Assembly (NCBI GenBank): GCA_963779415.1
Contig: CAVZYA010000002.1
Coordinates: 1,152,001 to 1,216,000, forward strand
Origin: an uncultured Acidobacteriota bacterium
GTDB taxonomy: Bacteria; Acidobacteriota; Thermoanaerobaculia; UBA5066
Direction of reading: 5' to 3'
DNA: 64,000 bases
In this document: in pieces, positions 32,526-43,421 of the stretch
How positions within the stretch are numbered: position 1 is the first letter of the stretch
How the letters are laid out: each line of letters begins with the position of its first letter
The notes under the pieces: generated by a model
Databases searched by the model: none
Told to the model about the DNA's origin: nothing
Seen by the model: only the letters and a program-made list of their open reading frames with translations
Translations under genes and position numbers: made by a program

Positions 32526-35500
32526 TCAGGTTTCTTCCGGACGCCGGCAGGGGCGGACGAGGCAGCGCCAGCGCCGGTCGTAGTGGAAGGCGCGGCCGAG
32601 GGGGACGTCGCGGAAGGCGATGTGACGGGTCAGGACCTCGATGCCGAGGCCGCGAAGGCGCGCGCCGAGGTCGTCGAGAAAAGCCGTCATGAGACCGCGG
32701 CCGCGGAGCGCCGCCGTGACGGCGACCCCGTCGAGCTGCGCGGAGGGCCCTCCCGGAAGCGAATAGGCGACCCCGGCGACGACACGCCCCTGATCGTCGA
32801 GGGCCACGAGGAGCCGGCGCCCTTCCGAGTAGGCGCGCGGGACGCCCGACCGGACGAGAAGATGGACGAGCCGCCCCAGCTCCGCCGGGTCGATCGGGTC
32901 GCGCACGGTATATCGCACGCCGATCCGGTCGGCGATGTGCGTCGTGGCGACGAGGTGCCGTCCCCCCTCGCCCACCGCGGCGAGAGCCACGCCCTGATCC
33001 GACGCGCCGCCGGGAAAGACGAGCCGGCCGAAGGCGAGGCGCTCCTCCGCGCTTCCGAGGGCCGCCTGGACGTCGGCCAGCTCCACCATCTCCGCCGGCC
33101 AGACTCCGGGCCGGTGGAGCATCGCGAGAAGGAGGGTGTCGAAGGCTTGCCGCGCCAGAAGGCCAGCCTGCGCGAAGGTGGTCTGCCGGTGGAGGTGGTA
33201 CCGGACGATCTCCGGGAAGCGGTCGAGGCGGTAGACGCGTTCGAGGCCGCGTGCCATCGCCTCGCGGGCGGAGAGGGGAGCGTCCGGCTCGAGGAGCTCC
33301 CACGCCTCGAACCGCTGGATCGCCGAGAGGAGCGGGAGAGGGGGATGGAAGGCGACTTCCAGCCGCTCCCTCTCGGCGCCGAGCTCCTCGGCGAGCGTAT
33401 GGGCGAGGCTTCCCGGCGCGTCGCGGCCGAGGACGCCGAGGAGATCGTCGAGGAAGAGACGCGCGCCGGCCAGACCGAGGGACTCCACGCAGGCGTCGGC
33501 GATCCACGAGCGCTTGAGCATCGTCCTCGAGCGCGGGTAGAGCGCGAACGTCTCCTCGAAGAAGTTCCGGACCATGGGTCCCACGAGCGACCAGGGGCCT
33601 TCGTACGGCCGATGCCCGGCGAGGGAGAGGAGGACGGTCCCCTCCCGGAAATCGTCGCGAGGGATGGCGACGTTCGCCGGCGAGACGGCCCCGGGGACGA
33701 GCCGCCGTCCGCTCGCTTCCCACGCGGAGAAGAACGCCGCGAGCGCCCGGACGAAGGGAGTGCGCCAGCGCGGCGATCCCGCCCCCTCCGGCACGGGCTG
33801 CTCCAGCTCCCAGAGCCGCATCGAGAGCGTCGGCTCGTCGACCCACCCCACCGACAGGGCCTCCAGCTCGGGCCGGAAGCCGCCGAAGGCGGGGACCACG
33901 GGCTCGCGGTCCGCCGGCGAAGCAAGAGCCTCCATCCAGAGCTTCGTCGCCCGGACGGCCTCGGCATCGAGGTCGTCTCCGATGATGAGGAGGAGGTCGT
34001 GATGCCGGCCGGAGACCGTGTTGATGCCGGCGCGGAAGAGCTGGTGCCGCCGCACGGTGGCGACCGGCGTGATCCAGATCCCGTCCGGGATCCAGCTCGT
34101 CGGGCTTCAAGGCGTCGCTGCACGCGAGTTCCAGCGCCTCCTCGAGAAAGCCGGTCCCTTCGAAGAGCCGCTCGATCCGGAGCCTCTCGCCCGAGGCGAG
34201 CCCTTCGTGGAAGGCGAGCTTCTCCCGGAACGAGGCACGCGAGGCGAGGCCCTGCTGGAACCACGCGGCCAGCTCGTCGAGCCGGGCGGCCGCGGTGCGC
34301 GCGAGGTGCGGATCGGATTCCTCGAGCGCCCACGAAGCCAGCTCCGACCGGACCGCCACGTAATCCTCGCGGTGGTTCCGGACGTGGTGGACGAGGAGCG
34401 TGAAGACGTCGGAGAGGAGGCCGGCCTGCGAGGAGGGGAGCGGCCGCGACAGGGCGACCCGGTAGCCGTGGAGACGCCGGCGCAGGGCGGTGAGCCGCTC
34501 GCCCGGCAGCCCTTCGCGCGCGATCCGCTCGATGCTCGCGGCGGAGAGGAACGGGAGCCCCGACTCGAGGAAGCTCTCCATCTCGGACGAGTCCCCAGGA
34601 GCCGGCGCGCCGAGGAGCAGGATGCGAAACGCGGCGCAGCGGACCTCGGCCGCCGGGTGGCGGGCGAGCGCCTCGAGCCTCCTCCGGATGGCCGTCCCGG
34701 TGGCGGGGTCGGCACGGCGGAGGCGCTCCTCGATCTCGGCGACGGCCTGGAGCGATTCCAGATCCCCGCCGAAAAGAGCCTCGCAGATCACCTGGTGGAA
34801 CGTCGCCAGCTCCGATGAGGCAATGCGGGCCCGCGCGGAGGGCCTGGCGAGCGAGCGGACGTCCTTCGGCAGTTTCACCCGGGGCGAGAAGGCGCCGAGC
34901 GGGAGATCCCACCCCCCCTTCAGCGGGCAGAAGGAGGCGAGCGCCGGGTTCCCCAGCCAGAGGAGAGGCTGATGGGCGAGGAGGCCGAGATCCACGACCT
35001 CCCCGGAGAGCGTGTAATCGAGATCGCCGATCCGGACCGTTCCCGGCTCCTCCGTCCGGCGCAGCGTCAGCGAGAGCCCCCGCCGCTCGTCGACGAGGGT
35101 GTCGTCCGCGTAGACGAGGTCTCCTTCCAGGATCCCGACGTCGCGGTGAAGCCAGCGCGGCACGCGGAGCGTGAGCCCCTTTCCTTCGAGCCGGACGGCC
35201 GTGCCGCGGTAGAGCGACGCGAGGACGTCGCGGAAGCTCTCTTCGATCGCCTTCCGCCGGTAGCTTCCCTTCGGCGTCAGCTCGCCCTGTTCGAGAGAGA
35301 AATCGCGGTCCAGAACGGAGAAGCCGACGACACGCTCGTGCGGCGCGAGATCGAGGTTCGCCTCGGCGACAATGCGCGCGTAATAATCGGTCCGGTTCTC
35401 CTCGGAGGCGAGGTCGGCGAGGATCGGCGCCTCGGGCTCCGGGACGATCAGGAGGACGTTGTCGTCCCGGCCGTCGCCGGCCAGAAACGTCCTGCATACG

Positions 35501-37164
35501 CCGGGGACTCCCTCGAAGAGCTGCTCCACGCGGCGCGGCGCCACCGTCTGCCCGCGGCTGTTCTTGTAGATGTCCTTGACGCGGTCGACGATCTCGAGAT
35601 ACCCGCTGGGCCGCGCGCGGAAGATGTCCCCCGTCCCGATCCACCGCTCCTCGCCCGGCGCGGGGGGCGGAGATCCCAGTTCGCGAGCGACGTACGGGCC
35701 CGAGATCTCCATCTCTCCGGTTTCGGCGAGACGGACGTGGATGCCGGGGAGCGGGATGCCGACGGTGCCGTCCTCGTATTCGCCGGGGGGCGTCATCGTG
35801 ATGCCGCCGGTTGCCTCCGTCATCCCGAAGCCGCTCGAGAGGGAGACGCCGCCCCGCTGGAAGAAGCGGAAGACCGCCGGCTCGAGGAATCCGGCCGCCG
35901 AGAGCCCCCACGCGAGCCGCCCGCCGGTGATCTCGCGGATCGCGGCGGCCTCCTCCTCCGCTCCGCCCCCCGCGCCGGCCCGCCGCTGGCACCTCTGGAA
36001 GAGCTGCTGCCAGCGCGCCGGGATGCTGATGAGCCCCGTCGGCCGGACCAGACGCAAGCCGGCGAGAAGCGTCTCTAGCGACGGGTTTCCGGCGAAGACG
36101 TACGTTCCGCCCCAGAACATCATCCCGAGAAGCTCCAGATAGCGCCCGAACGTGTGGCAGAGCGGCAGGAAGGAGAGAAGCAGCTCCCCCTCGCCGACGA
36201 ACGGGAGAGCGGCTGCGCGGGCGAAGCGCTTCGTCAGGAGATTGAACGGCGTGAAGGCGAATCCTTTCTGGGCGCCTGTGCTCCCGGAGGTGAAGAGGAC
36301 GGTCGCGGCGTCGTCGGGACCGAAGGAGGTGAGGGTTCGAAGAACGCCGTCGATCTCGTCAGCGCCGCGCCTTCCGACCTCCTCGCCGAGAACGGCCGCG
36401 TCTCCGCGCTTCAGGCGTGCGGCCGCGTCGAGGAGAACGGGCCGGAGGGTTCCCGGAAGACGGGCCGCGGCCGCCTCCACCTTCGCGAGCTGCTCCTCCG
36501 TGTCGACGACGACGAGGGTCGCGCCGAGCCTTGCGAGAATCGGCGTCAGCTCGGCTTCGGTCAGGTGCGGGGCGAGAGGCGAGACGAAGATTCCGTGAAC
36601 GAGGCAGGCGAGATCGCAGCAGGCGGCCTCGAGGCTGTTTTCCGCGACGATCGCGACCCGCGCCGGGGGGCCCGGAAGACCCGCGAGCGCCGCCGCGACG
36701 CCTCGCAGGCGCCGCGCGGTCTGGGCATAGGTCCACCGAGGCGCCTCGGGACGGGGCGAGCCCTGGAGGAAGACCCGCTCGGGATGGGAGGCGATGCGCT
36801 GGGAGAGGAGCGTCGCGAGGGAATATCCCGAGGCGCGGATCGCGCCGAACGTCGTCTCGGCCCAGCGCGTCCGCGCCGCGGCGTCGGGGAGGGCCAGAAG
36901 GAATTCGCGGCGGCGCGTCTCATCCAGATACCGATGCCACGACGGGGACGGGACCGCGCCGTCCGCGAGGGCGCGCTCCGCGGCGGCGACGAGCGCCAGA
37001 GCCGCTTCGGGGGAGACCGGCGTCGCGCCGTCCAAGGGAGCCAATCGGTCGAGGCCGTCCGCGACCGGGTCCGCTCGCTCGAGCAACGCGGCTTCGGAGC
37101 GCTCCACGGCATACCTCCGCCCGCGCCGCCTCAACCGGATCGGCACGCGGGGCCGTGAGGTCAA
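32526..37164 (-). CDS. Giant AMP-binding (acyl-CoA synthetase) - GNAT fusion protein, one frameshift near 34085
   Basis: FTSGSTGAQKG, GFGMTE, TGD, IVDRVKD motifs; C-terminal VAVTAALRGRGL GNAT motif A lies in ORF 32526..34055. Confidence 0.82.
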
Positions 37165-37207
37165 TATCCGCCCCCGGGACGGGGAAATCCATGGTTCCGA
37201 TGCGTTC

Positions 37208-37216
37208 TGCTATACT
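37208..37216 (+). promoter_or_regulatory. Extended -10 promoter of the RRM gene
   Basis: TGCTATACT about 135 nt upstream of the ATG, implying a long 5' UTR. Confidence 0.55.
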
Positions 37217-37349
37217 TTTTTCGTTCGCCCTTCCTGAGATGACGGAGCGGACCAGAGACCGAAAGGTCCCCGTCGACCTTCCCTTGTACCTCCCCACCCT
37301 CACCAGACCCGCTCCCGTCCCTCCGGACGGGCGTTTAACGAAGGAACCC

Positions 37350-37643
37350 ATGAAGCTCTACGTAGGAAACCTCTCGTACTCCCAGAACGACTCCACCCTT
37401 CGCGCTCTCTTCGAGCCTTTCGGCAATGTCGAGTCCGCCCGCGTGATCACCGACCGCGACAGCGGCGGCTCCAAGGGCTTCGGCTTCGTCGAGATGTCCG
37501 ACGCCGATGGCCAGAAGGCCATGGGCGCCTTGAACGGCCGCGAGCAGGACGGCCGCGCCCTCCGGGTCAACGAAGCCCGGCCGCAGGAGAGCCGCACCGG
37601 CGGCGGTGGCGGCGGCTTCCGCGGCGGCCGCAACCGCTACTGA
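37350..37643 (+). CDS. RNA recognition motif (RRM) protein, Gly-rich tail
   Basis: KLYVGNLSY (RNP2), KGFGFVEM (RNP1), GGGGGGFRGGRNRY tail; AAGGA RBS. Confidence 0.95.
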   Translation: MKLYVGNLSYSQNDSTLRALFEPFGNVESARVITDRDSGGSKGFGFVEMSDADGQKAMGALNGREQDGRALRVNEARPQESRTGGGGGGFRGGRNRY

Positions 37644-37672
37644 TTCCAATCCGTTTTCCGGAGCGATCCTCC

Positions 37673-37706
37673 CGGGCCGGGCTCTCACCCGGCCCGTTTC
37701 TTTCTT
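37673..37706 (+). terminator. Rho-independent terminator
   Basis: CGGGCCGGG/CCCGGCCCG stem followed by TTTCTTTCTT. Confidence 0.8.
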
Positions 37707-37712
37707 GAGAAG

Positions 37713-38369
37713 CTACTTCGTCGAGAAGCGCTTTTCGAGATCCTTTATTTTCGCCTCGAGGGCCGCGAGCTTCTCCTGGAGCCGCTCCATCTGAGCCTCG
37801 AAGTGGTCGTGGTCGAACTCGGGGATCCGGAAATCCCAGCCGTGAGGGCCCCACTCGCCCATTCGGATCTCCCGGGTCGAACCCTTGCGAGCGGCGAGAG
37901 GGACCTCCAGCGTGGCCGGTGTCCTGTCGCGAACGATGGCGAGAGAAAGCTTCTGGCCCTCCTCGGTTCTCCGGACGGCGTGCGAGAGGTCGGAGGCGCG
38001 TTCGACGCTCCTTCCGCCGGCCTTCGTGACGATGTCGCCGACCTTGAGGCCGGCCTTGGCGGCCGGGCTCCCTTCCTCCACCGACGCGATCATCACGCCG
38101 GCGTCGCGCGGAGCGCCGAAATGCTCGCGCAGCTCCGGGCTCAGGTCGGTGAGCTGGACGCCGAGGAACGTCCGTGGCCCGGTGACGATCCGGACGACGG
38201 CCGGCCCGTCGCCGGGCTCTTCACCCTCATCGATCGCGGCGGGCGGAGAAGGCGGATCGGGAGGGGCGGGAGGCTTCGGAGCCTTCGGCGGAGTGGCTCC
38301 GAGGGGAACGGCGGCGAGGAGAAGTGCGGCGAGAACGAGGAGGCCGGGACGGCGAGAAACGTGGATCAT
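37713..38369 (-). CDS. Secreted PDZ-domain protein
   Basis: FLGVQLTDL, GSPAAKAGLKVGDIV motifs; signal peptide; C-terminal coiled coil. Confidence 0.88.
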   Translation of the reverse strand: MIHVSRRPGLLVLAALLLAAVPLGATPPKAPKPPAPPDPPSPPAAIDEGEEPGDGPAVVRIVTGPRTFLGVQLTDLSPELREHFGAPRDAGVMIASVEEGSPAAKAGLKVGDIVTKAGGRSVERASDLSHAVRRTEEGQKLSLAIVRDRTPATLEVPLAARKGSTREIRMGEWGPHGWDFRIPEFDHDHFEAQMERLQEKLAALEAKIKDLEKRFSTK

Positions 38370-38493
38370 GCTCCCTCCGCGGGCGGCCGGCGGCTGCCCG
38401 GTTCATGTAGGGAGACGCGCGGCGGCGCGAAGGGTTACGGTGGGACGCGGGCAGAGGTTCGGATAACAATTCGTGCTACGGTTGGGGTCGGCC

Positions 38494-38790
38494 ATGAAGG
38501 AAGACCCGCCTCCGAGGAAGTGTTACCTCTGCGCACGCCCGGCGTCGTTTCCTGCGTGGGAGAGCGCCGAGGGGAACAACCGCTCTCCCTTTCTCGTCGA
38601 CTGCGGCGAGTGCGGGAACTACGGCATCACGGAGGAGGCGGTGAGCCGGCTCGAGATCCGGCCGCAGGCGCGCTCCGGGGTCCGGTTCGAGATCTTCCGC
38701 CTTCGCAGCCTCGCGAATCCGCGGCCGACGGTCGACCTGAAGATCGTCGAGCACTTCTCGATGGGATTCACGCCGCTGCCGGGGGGCTGA
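38494..38790 (+). CDS. Small zinc-ribbon-like protein
   Basis: CYLC ... CGEC-GNYGIT cysteine pairs. Confidence 0.6.
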   Translation: MKEDPPPRKCYLCARPASFPAWESAEGNNRSPFLVDCGECGNYGITEEAVSRLEIRPQARSGVRFEIFRLRSLANPRPTVDLKIVEHFSMGFTPLPGG

Positions 38791-39003
38791 GCGCCCCAGC
38801 AAGCGACGCCGACGCGAAGCTCCACCCGAAGGCGCCGAAGACGGGCTGAGATTGTCGTCGAGGACACGGCGAACGAGCTGCAGTTCCTCTTCTCGCAGCT
38901 CGGGATGACATCGACGTCGTGAGCGGGGAAGCTGAGAAGGCGTCGGTGGTCGTGATCGATTCCCTCTGGCGAGACGGATAGAATCTCACTCATAGGAATC
39001 CAG

Positions 39004-41853
39004 GTGAGCCTGCTTCCCGGTACGCGCCTCGGCCGCTACGAGATTCTCTCGCGCCTGGGGTCTGGAGGGATGGGTGAGGTGTACCGTGCGCGGGATACGC
39101 GGCTCGGACGCGACGTGGCCGTCAAGGTGCTGCCGGAGAAGTTCGCCCTTGAGCCGGAGCGGCTGCGGCGCTTCGAGGGAGAGGCCCGCGCCGCTTCCTC
39201 TCTGTCCGATCCGCACATCGTAACTGTCTTCGATGTGGGCGAAGCGGAGGGCGTTCATTTCTTCGCCTGCGAGCTCGTCGACGGCTCCGACCTTCGGCAC
39301 CTGCTGGAGGAAGGCCCGTGGCCGGTCCGGAAAGCGTCCGATCTCGCCGAGCAGATCGCCTCCGGCCTCGCGGCGGCGCACGAGAAGGGAATCGTTCACC
39401 GCGACCTGAAGCCGGAGAACATCCTGGTCTCAACGTCGGGGCTCGTGAAGATCGCGGATTTCGGCCTGGCGAAGCTGATGGAATCGAGCTCCGCGGCAGC
39501 CTCCCAGCTCCCGACCTCCGACGGACACCAGACCACGGCCGGGGTCATCATGGGGACCGTTGCGTACATGTCGCCGGAGCAGGTGCGCGGCCAGGCCGTC
39601 GACCACCGCTCCGACATCTTCTCGTTCGGGGCGGTTCTCTACGAGCTGCTGACGGCGCACAAGGCGTTCGAGCGGGGCACGGCCGCCGAGACGATGGCCG
39701 CCATCCTGAAGGAGGACCCGCCAGAGCTGTCGAGCGCTGATCGGACGATCCCTCCTTCGCTCGCGCGCGTGGTGGAGCATTGCCTCGAGAAGCCCCCGGA
39801 GAACCGGTTTCAGTCGTTGCGTGACGTCGTCTTTGCTCTCAGGGAGGCGGGATCGCAGCCGGTCGGCAGCGGGCCGCAAGTGCCGCCCGCCACGGCGGGA
39901 ACCTCGAGGCTCGTCGGCAGCGTTTTCAGGCGAATCGGCCTGGCGGTGGCCGCCGTGGCGCTCCTGGCAGGCGGCGCGGCACTGCTCCTTTTCTCCCGCC
40001 GAGCGCCGGCGCTGACGGAAAAGGACACGATTCTGCTGGCGGACGTGGTCAACACCACGGGAGACGCCGTGTTCGACGGGACTCTCAAGCAGGCACTCGC
40101 CACGACGCTGGGGCAGTCTCCTTACCTGAACATCTTCCCCGACACACAGGTTCGCGACACGCTGCGTTACATGGATCGCTCGCCGGACGAGCGGGTCACG
40201 AGGGAGATCGCCCGCGAGATCTGCGAGCGCCGGGGGATCAAGGCCATGCTTCTCGGTTCCATCGTGAGCCTGGGGAGCCACTACGTGATCACGCTGGAGG
40301 CGTTGAATGCCCGCACGGGCGACGCCCTGGCCCGGGAGCAGGCTGAGGCGGCGACCAAGGAGCAGGTGCTCACGACGATCGACCAGGCTGCGACGAGGCT
40401 GCGCAAGCACCTCGGTGAGTCGCTGGCGTCGATCAAGAAATTCGACACGCCGCTCGTGCAGGCGACGACGTCCTCGCTCGAGGCCCTGAAAGCCTACACG
40501 CTCGGGCGTCAGGAGGGCCTGGCGGGCCGGTTTGCCGAATCGATCCCGCTGCTCAAGCGGGCGGTGGAGCTCGATCCGAACTTCGCCATGGCCTACGTCA
40601 ATCTCGCCGTGTCGTGCTCGGACCTCGACGATGCAGTCGGCGAAAGCGTTCGCTTCGCAACGAAGGCGTTCGAGCTGCGGGATCGAGTCACCGACCGCGA
40701 GCGGCTGGCGATCAGTTCCCTCTACTACATGATCGTGACGGGGGAACTGGACAAATGGATCCAGACGGACGAATTGTCCACGCGAACCTACCCGCGTGAT
40801 CAAGGGCAAGGGCTGCGCAGCAATCTGGCGTTCGGGTACATCTGCGTCGGTGACTACGAAAGGGCTGTCGAACAGGCGAGCGAGGGGATCCGGATCAGCC
40901 CGGACGTGGCGATGCTCTACAGCAATCTCGGATGGGCGTACCGCGCGCTCGGCCGTTACGACGAGGCGAAAGCGACCTTCGAGCAGGCGCACGCGCGCAA
41001 GCTCGATTACGAAATGATGCATTACAACCTGTACCTGATGGCTTTCGCCCAGGGCGACCGTCCCGGCATGCAGCGCGAGGTCGAGTGGGCCGCCGGAAAG
41101 CAGCCGCAAGAGGCGCTCATCCTCGGGCTGCAGGCCGATACCCAGACGTTCGCCGGGCGATTCCGACAGGCGGAAGCGACGGTCAGGCAGGCGGTCGAGC
41201 TTTACCGACGTCAGGACCTGAAGGGGAAGGTACGTGAGCTTCTCGTCGACACGGCAGTGAAATATGCGTTCGCAGGCGACTGCGATCGGGCACGAAGAGA
41301 TGCGGCGAGCGCAGTGGCCATGTGGGACGGTGCCAACCCCGGCGATGCGGAGTCCGTCCTCGGTCCGGCGGCAATCAGCCTTGCGCTCTGCGGAGAGATC
41401 TCGCGGGCGGAGGCGATTCTCGGAGACCTCGTCAGGCTGCAACCAACCGATACGGTCGTCCACGCGCGGGATGTCCCGATCGTCCGTTCGGTCATCCAGA
41501 TGGAGCGAGGGCATCCGGACGAAGCGATTCATCTGCTGCAGAAGACGAAGCGCTACGAAAGGGGGCAATTCTGGGCGTTCTGGCCGCAGTACGTTCGCGG
41601 CCAGGCGTACCTGCGGCGGGGATCAGGCAACGAGGCGGCCTCGGAGTTTCAGGCCATCCTCGATCACCGGAGCCTCTCCCCCGCGGATATCCTGTTTCCG
41701 CTGTCATATCTCGGGCTCGCGAGGGCGGCCGTCCTCGCGGGCGACGCCGCGAAGAGCCGAAAGGCCTACCAGGACTTTTTCGCCCTCTGGAAAGACGCCG
41801 ACCCGGAGATCCCCGTCCTCAAGCAGGCGAGGCGCGAGTACGAGCGGCGCTGA
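39004..41853 (+). CDS. Ser/Thr protein kinase with transmembrane segment and TPR domain
   Basis: GSGGMGEV, HRDLKPEN, DFG, YMSPEQ, LTEKDTILLAD and C-terminal WKDADPEIP motifs. Confidence 0.95.
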   Translation: MSLLPGTRLGRYEILSRLGSGGMGEVYRARDTRLGRDVAVKVLPEKFALEPERLRRFEGEARAASSLSDPHIVTVFDVGEAEGVHFFACELVDGSDLRHLLEEGPWPVRKASDLAEQIASGLAAAHEKGIVHRDLKPENILVSTSGLVKIADFGLAKLMESSSAAASQLPTSDGHQTTAGVIMGTVAYMSPEQVRGQAVDHRSDIFSFGAVLYELLTAHKAFERGTAAETMAAILKEDPPELSSADRTIPPSLARVVEHCLEKPPENRFQSLRDVVFALREAGSQPVGSGPQVPPATAGTSRLVGSVFRRIGLAVAAVALLAGGAALLLFSRRAPALTEKDTILLADVVNTTGDAVFDGTLKQALATTLGQSPYLNIFPDTQVRDTLRYMDRSPDERVTREIAREICERRGIKAMLLGSIVSLGSHYVITLEALNARTGDALAREQAEAATKEQVLTTIDQAATRLRKHLGESLASIKKFDTPLVQATTSSLEALKAYTLGRQEGLAGRFAESIPLLKRAVELDPNFAMAYVNLAVSCSDLDDAVGESVRFATKAFELRDRVTDRERLAISSLYYMIVTGELDKWIQTDELSTRTYPRDQGQGLRSNLAFGYICVGDYERAVEQASEGIRISPDVAMLYSNLGWAYRALGRYDEAKATFEQAHARKLDYEMMHYNLYLMAFAQGDRPGMQREVEWAAGKQPQEALILGLQADTQTFAGRFRQAEATVRQAVELYRRQDLKGKVRELLVDTAVKYAFAGDCDRARRDAASAVAMWDGANPGDAESVLGPAAISLALCGEISRAEAILGDLVRLQPTDTVVHARDVPIVRSVIQMERGHPDEAIHLLQKTKRYERGQFWAFWPQYVRGQAYLRRGSGNEAASEFQAILDHRSLSPADILFPLSYLGLARAAVLAGDAAKSRKAYQDFFALWKDADPEIPVLKQARREYERR

Positions 41854-42020
41854 GCGGACATGGCCGACCACCCGGAATGGCTCCCCGGACCTCCCTCGCC
41901 GCAAGTCCCTAGAAATTCATCGCTTCGGGACCTTCAGAGGCGGGGATGATTCATCTGCCTCGTTCCCCTGCGAGGCCGGAAATCCTAGATTGTGGAAGGC
42001 GTTAGGGGGGCCCCGTCGAA

Positions 42021-43421
42021 ATGCCGACCACGAAGAAAGAGCGTTCGAAGCCCTATCTCCTCCCGGAATTCTGCAAAGGTTGCGGGCGATGCATCGACTC
42101 GTGTGCGAAGCACTGCATCGAGATGGGGCACGAGATCAACCCTCAGACCGGGCTCATTCCGGTCCGGATCCACCTCGAAGAGTGCAACGCCTGCGGGCTC
42201 TGCATCGACGCATGCCCCGAGCCATACGGCATGTTGCCGTTGCCGGAGGGGGCCGACTTCGAGCTCGAGAACCCCGCGAAGCTCTTCGGCCGGAAGGCGA
42301 CGAGCGCGCCGGTTCCGGTCCGGATCCCGGGGGAGGCGATCCCGCTTCCGAGGACCGAGCCGATGGTCCTCAAGGGGACGTACGCTTCGGCCGTCGGCGC
42401 CATTCTCGCGGGGTGCCGCCACGTCTTCGGGTACCCGATCACCCCCTCGACGGAGGGGGCCGAGCTGATGTCGAAGCTCCTCCCGAAGCTGGACGGCGTC
42501 TTCCTGCAGGCCGTCAGCGAGGTCGCGACCGTCAACATCATGTACGGGTGCGGGGGCGCCGGCCTGCCGTGCATGACCTTCACCTCATCGCCGGGCTTCA
42601 GCCTGATGCTCGAGGGGATCAGCTACATGGTCGGCGCCGAGGTGCCCGCCGTCTTCGTGAACGTGATGCGCGGGGGGCCGGGGCTCGGCAACATCGCCCC
42701 CGAGCAGGCGGATGTGAAGCTCTGCTGCCGCGGCCTCGGGCACGGAAACACGCACGGGATCGTCCTCGCTCCCTCGACGCCGCAGGAGATGCTCGACCTG
42801 ACGATGCTCTCCTTCGAGCTTGCGTTCCGCTACCGGAACCCGGTCATCCTCGTCTCCGACGGCTACCTCGGCCAGATGACCGGCCGCGTGACGCTCCCGC
42901 GGACCATGCTGAGGCCGCCGCTTCCGGAGTGGGCGGTCTTCGGCGACGCGATGCACCGCGGAAACCTGATCAACTCGATCGAGCTGGACGAGCACGATCT
43001 CGAGGAGAGAAACCGGCAGCTCTGCGCGAAGTGGGCCCGGATCGCCGAGACCGAGCAGCGGGCCGACGTCTTCCACGCCGACGACGCGGAGGTTCTCGTC
43101 GTCGCGTTCGGGACGCCGGCGCGTATGGCCAAGGGCGCCGTGCAGGCGCTCCGCGAAAAAGGGGTGGCCGCGGGGCTCTTCCGGCCGGTCACGCTCTGGC
43201 CCTTCCCGATCGACCGGCTCGCGCCGCTCCTGCCGGATTTGAAGCGGATCGTCGTCGTCGAGGCCTCCCCCGGACAGCTCGAGGACGAACTCCGCCTCGC
43301 CCTCTCCCACACGGGCCTCTCCCACCCGAAGATCGAGAACCTGCGCCACATGGGAGGCGTCCTCCCGCAGCAGAGCGAGATCGTCGATCTCGTCCTCGGC
43401 CGGAAGGAGGTGGCGGCATGA
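42021..43421 (+). CDS. 2-oxoacid:ferredoxin oxidoreductase alpha subunit with N-terminal 2x[4Fe-4S] ferredoxin (VorB-like)
   Basis: CKGCGRCIDSC, CNACGLCIDACP, GYPITPS, RGGPGLG motifs. Confidence 0.92.
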   Translation: MPTTKKERSKPYLLPEFCKGCGRCIDSCAKHCIEMGHEINPQTGLIPVRIHLEECNACGLCIDACPEPYGMLPLPEGADFELENPAKLFGRKATSAPVPVRIPGEAIPLPRTEPMVLKGTYASAVGAILAGCRHVFGYPITPSTEGAELMSKLLPKLDGVFLQAVSEVATVNIMYGCGGAGLPCMTFTSSPGFSLMLEGISYMVGAEVPAVFVNVMRGGPGLGNIAPEQADVKLCCRGLGHGNTHGIVLAPSTPQEMLDLTMLSFELAFRYRNPVILVSDGYLGQMTGRVTLPRTMLRPPLPEWAVFGDAMHRGNLINSIELDEHDLEERNRQLCAKWARIAETEQRADVFHADDAEVLVVAFGTPARMAKGAVQALREKGVAAGLFRPVTLWPFPIDRLAPLLPDLKRIVVVEASPGQLEDELRLALSHTGLSHPKIENLRHMGGVLPQQSEIVDLVLGRKEVAA

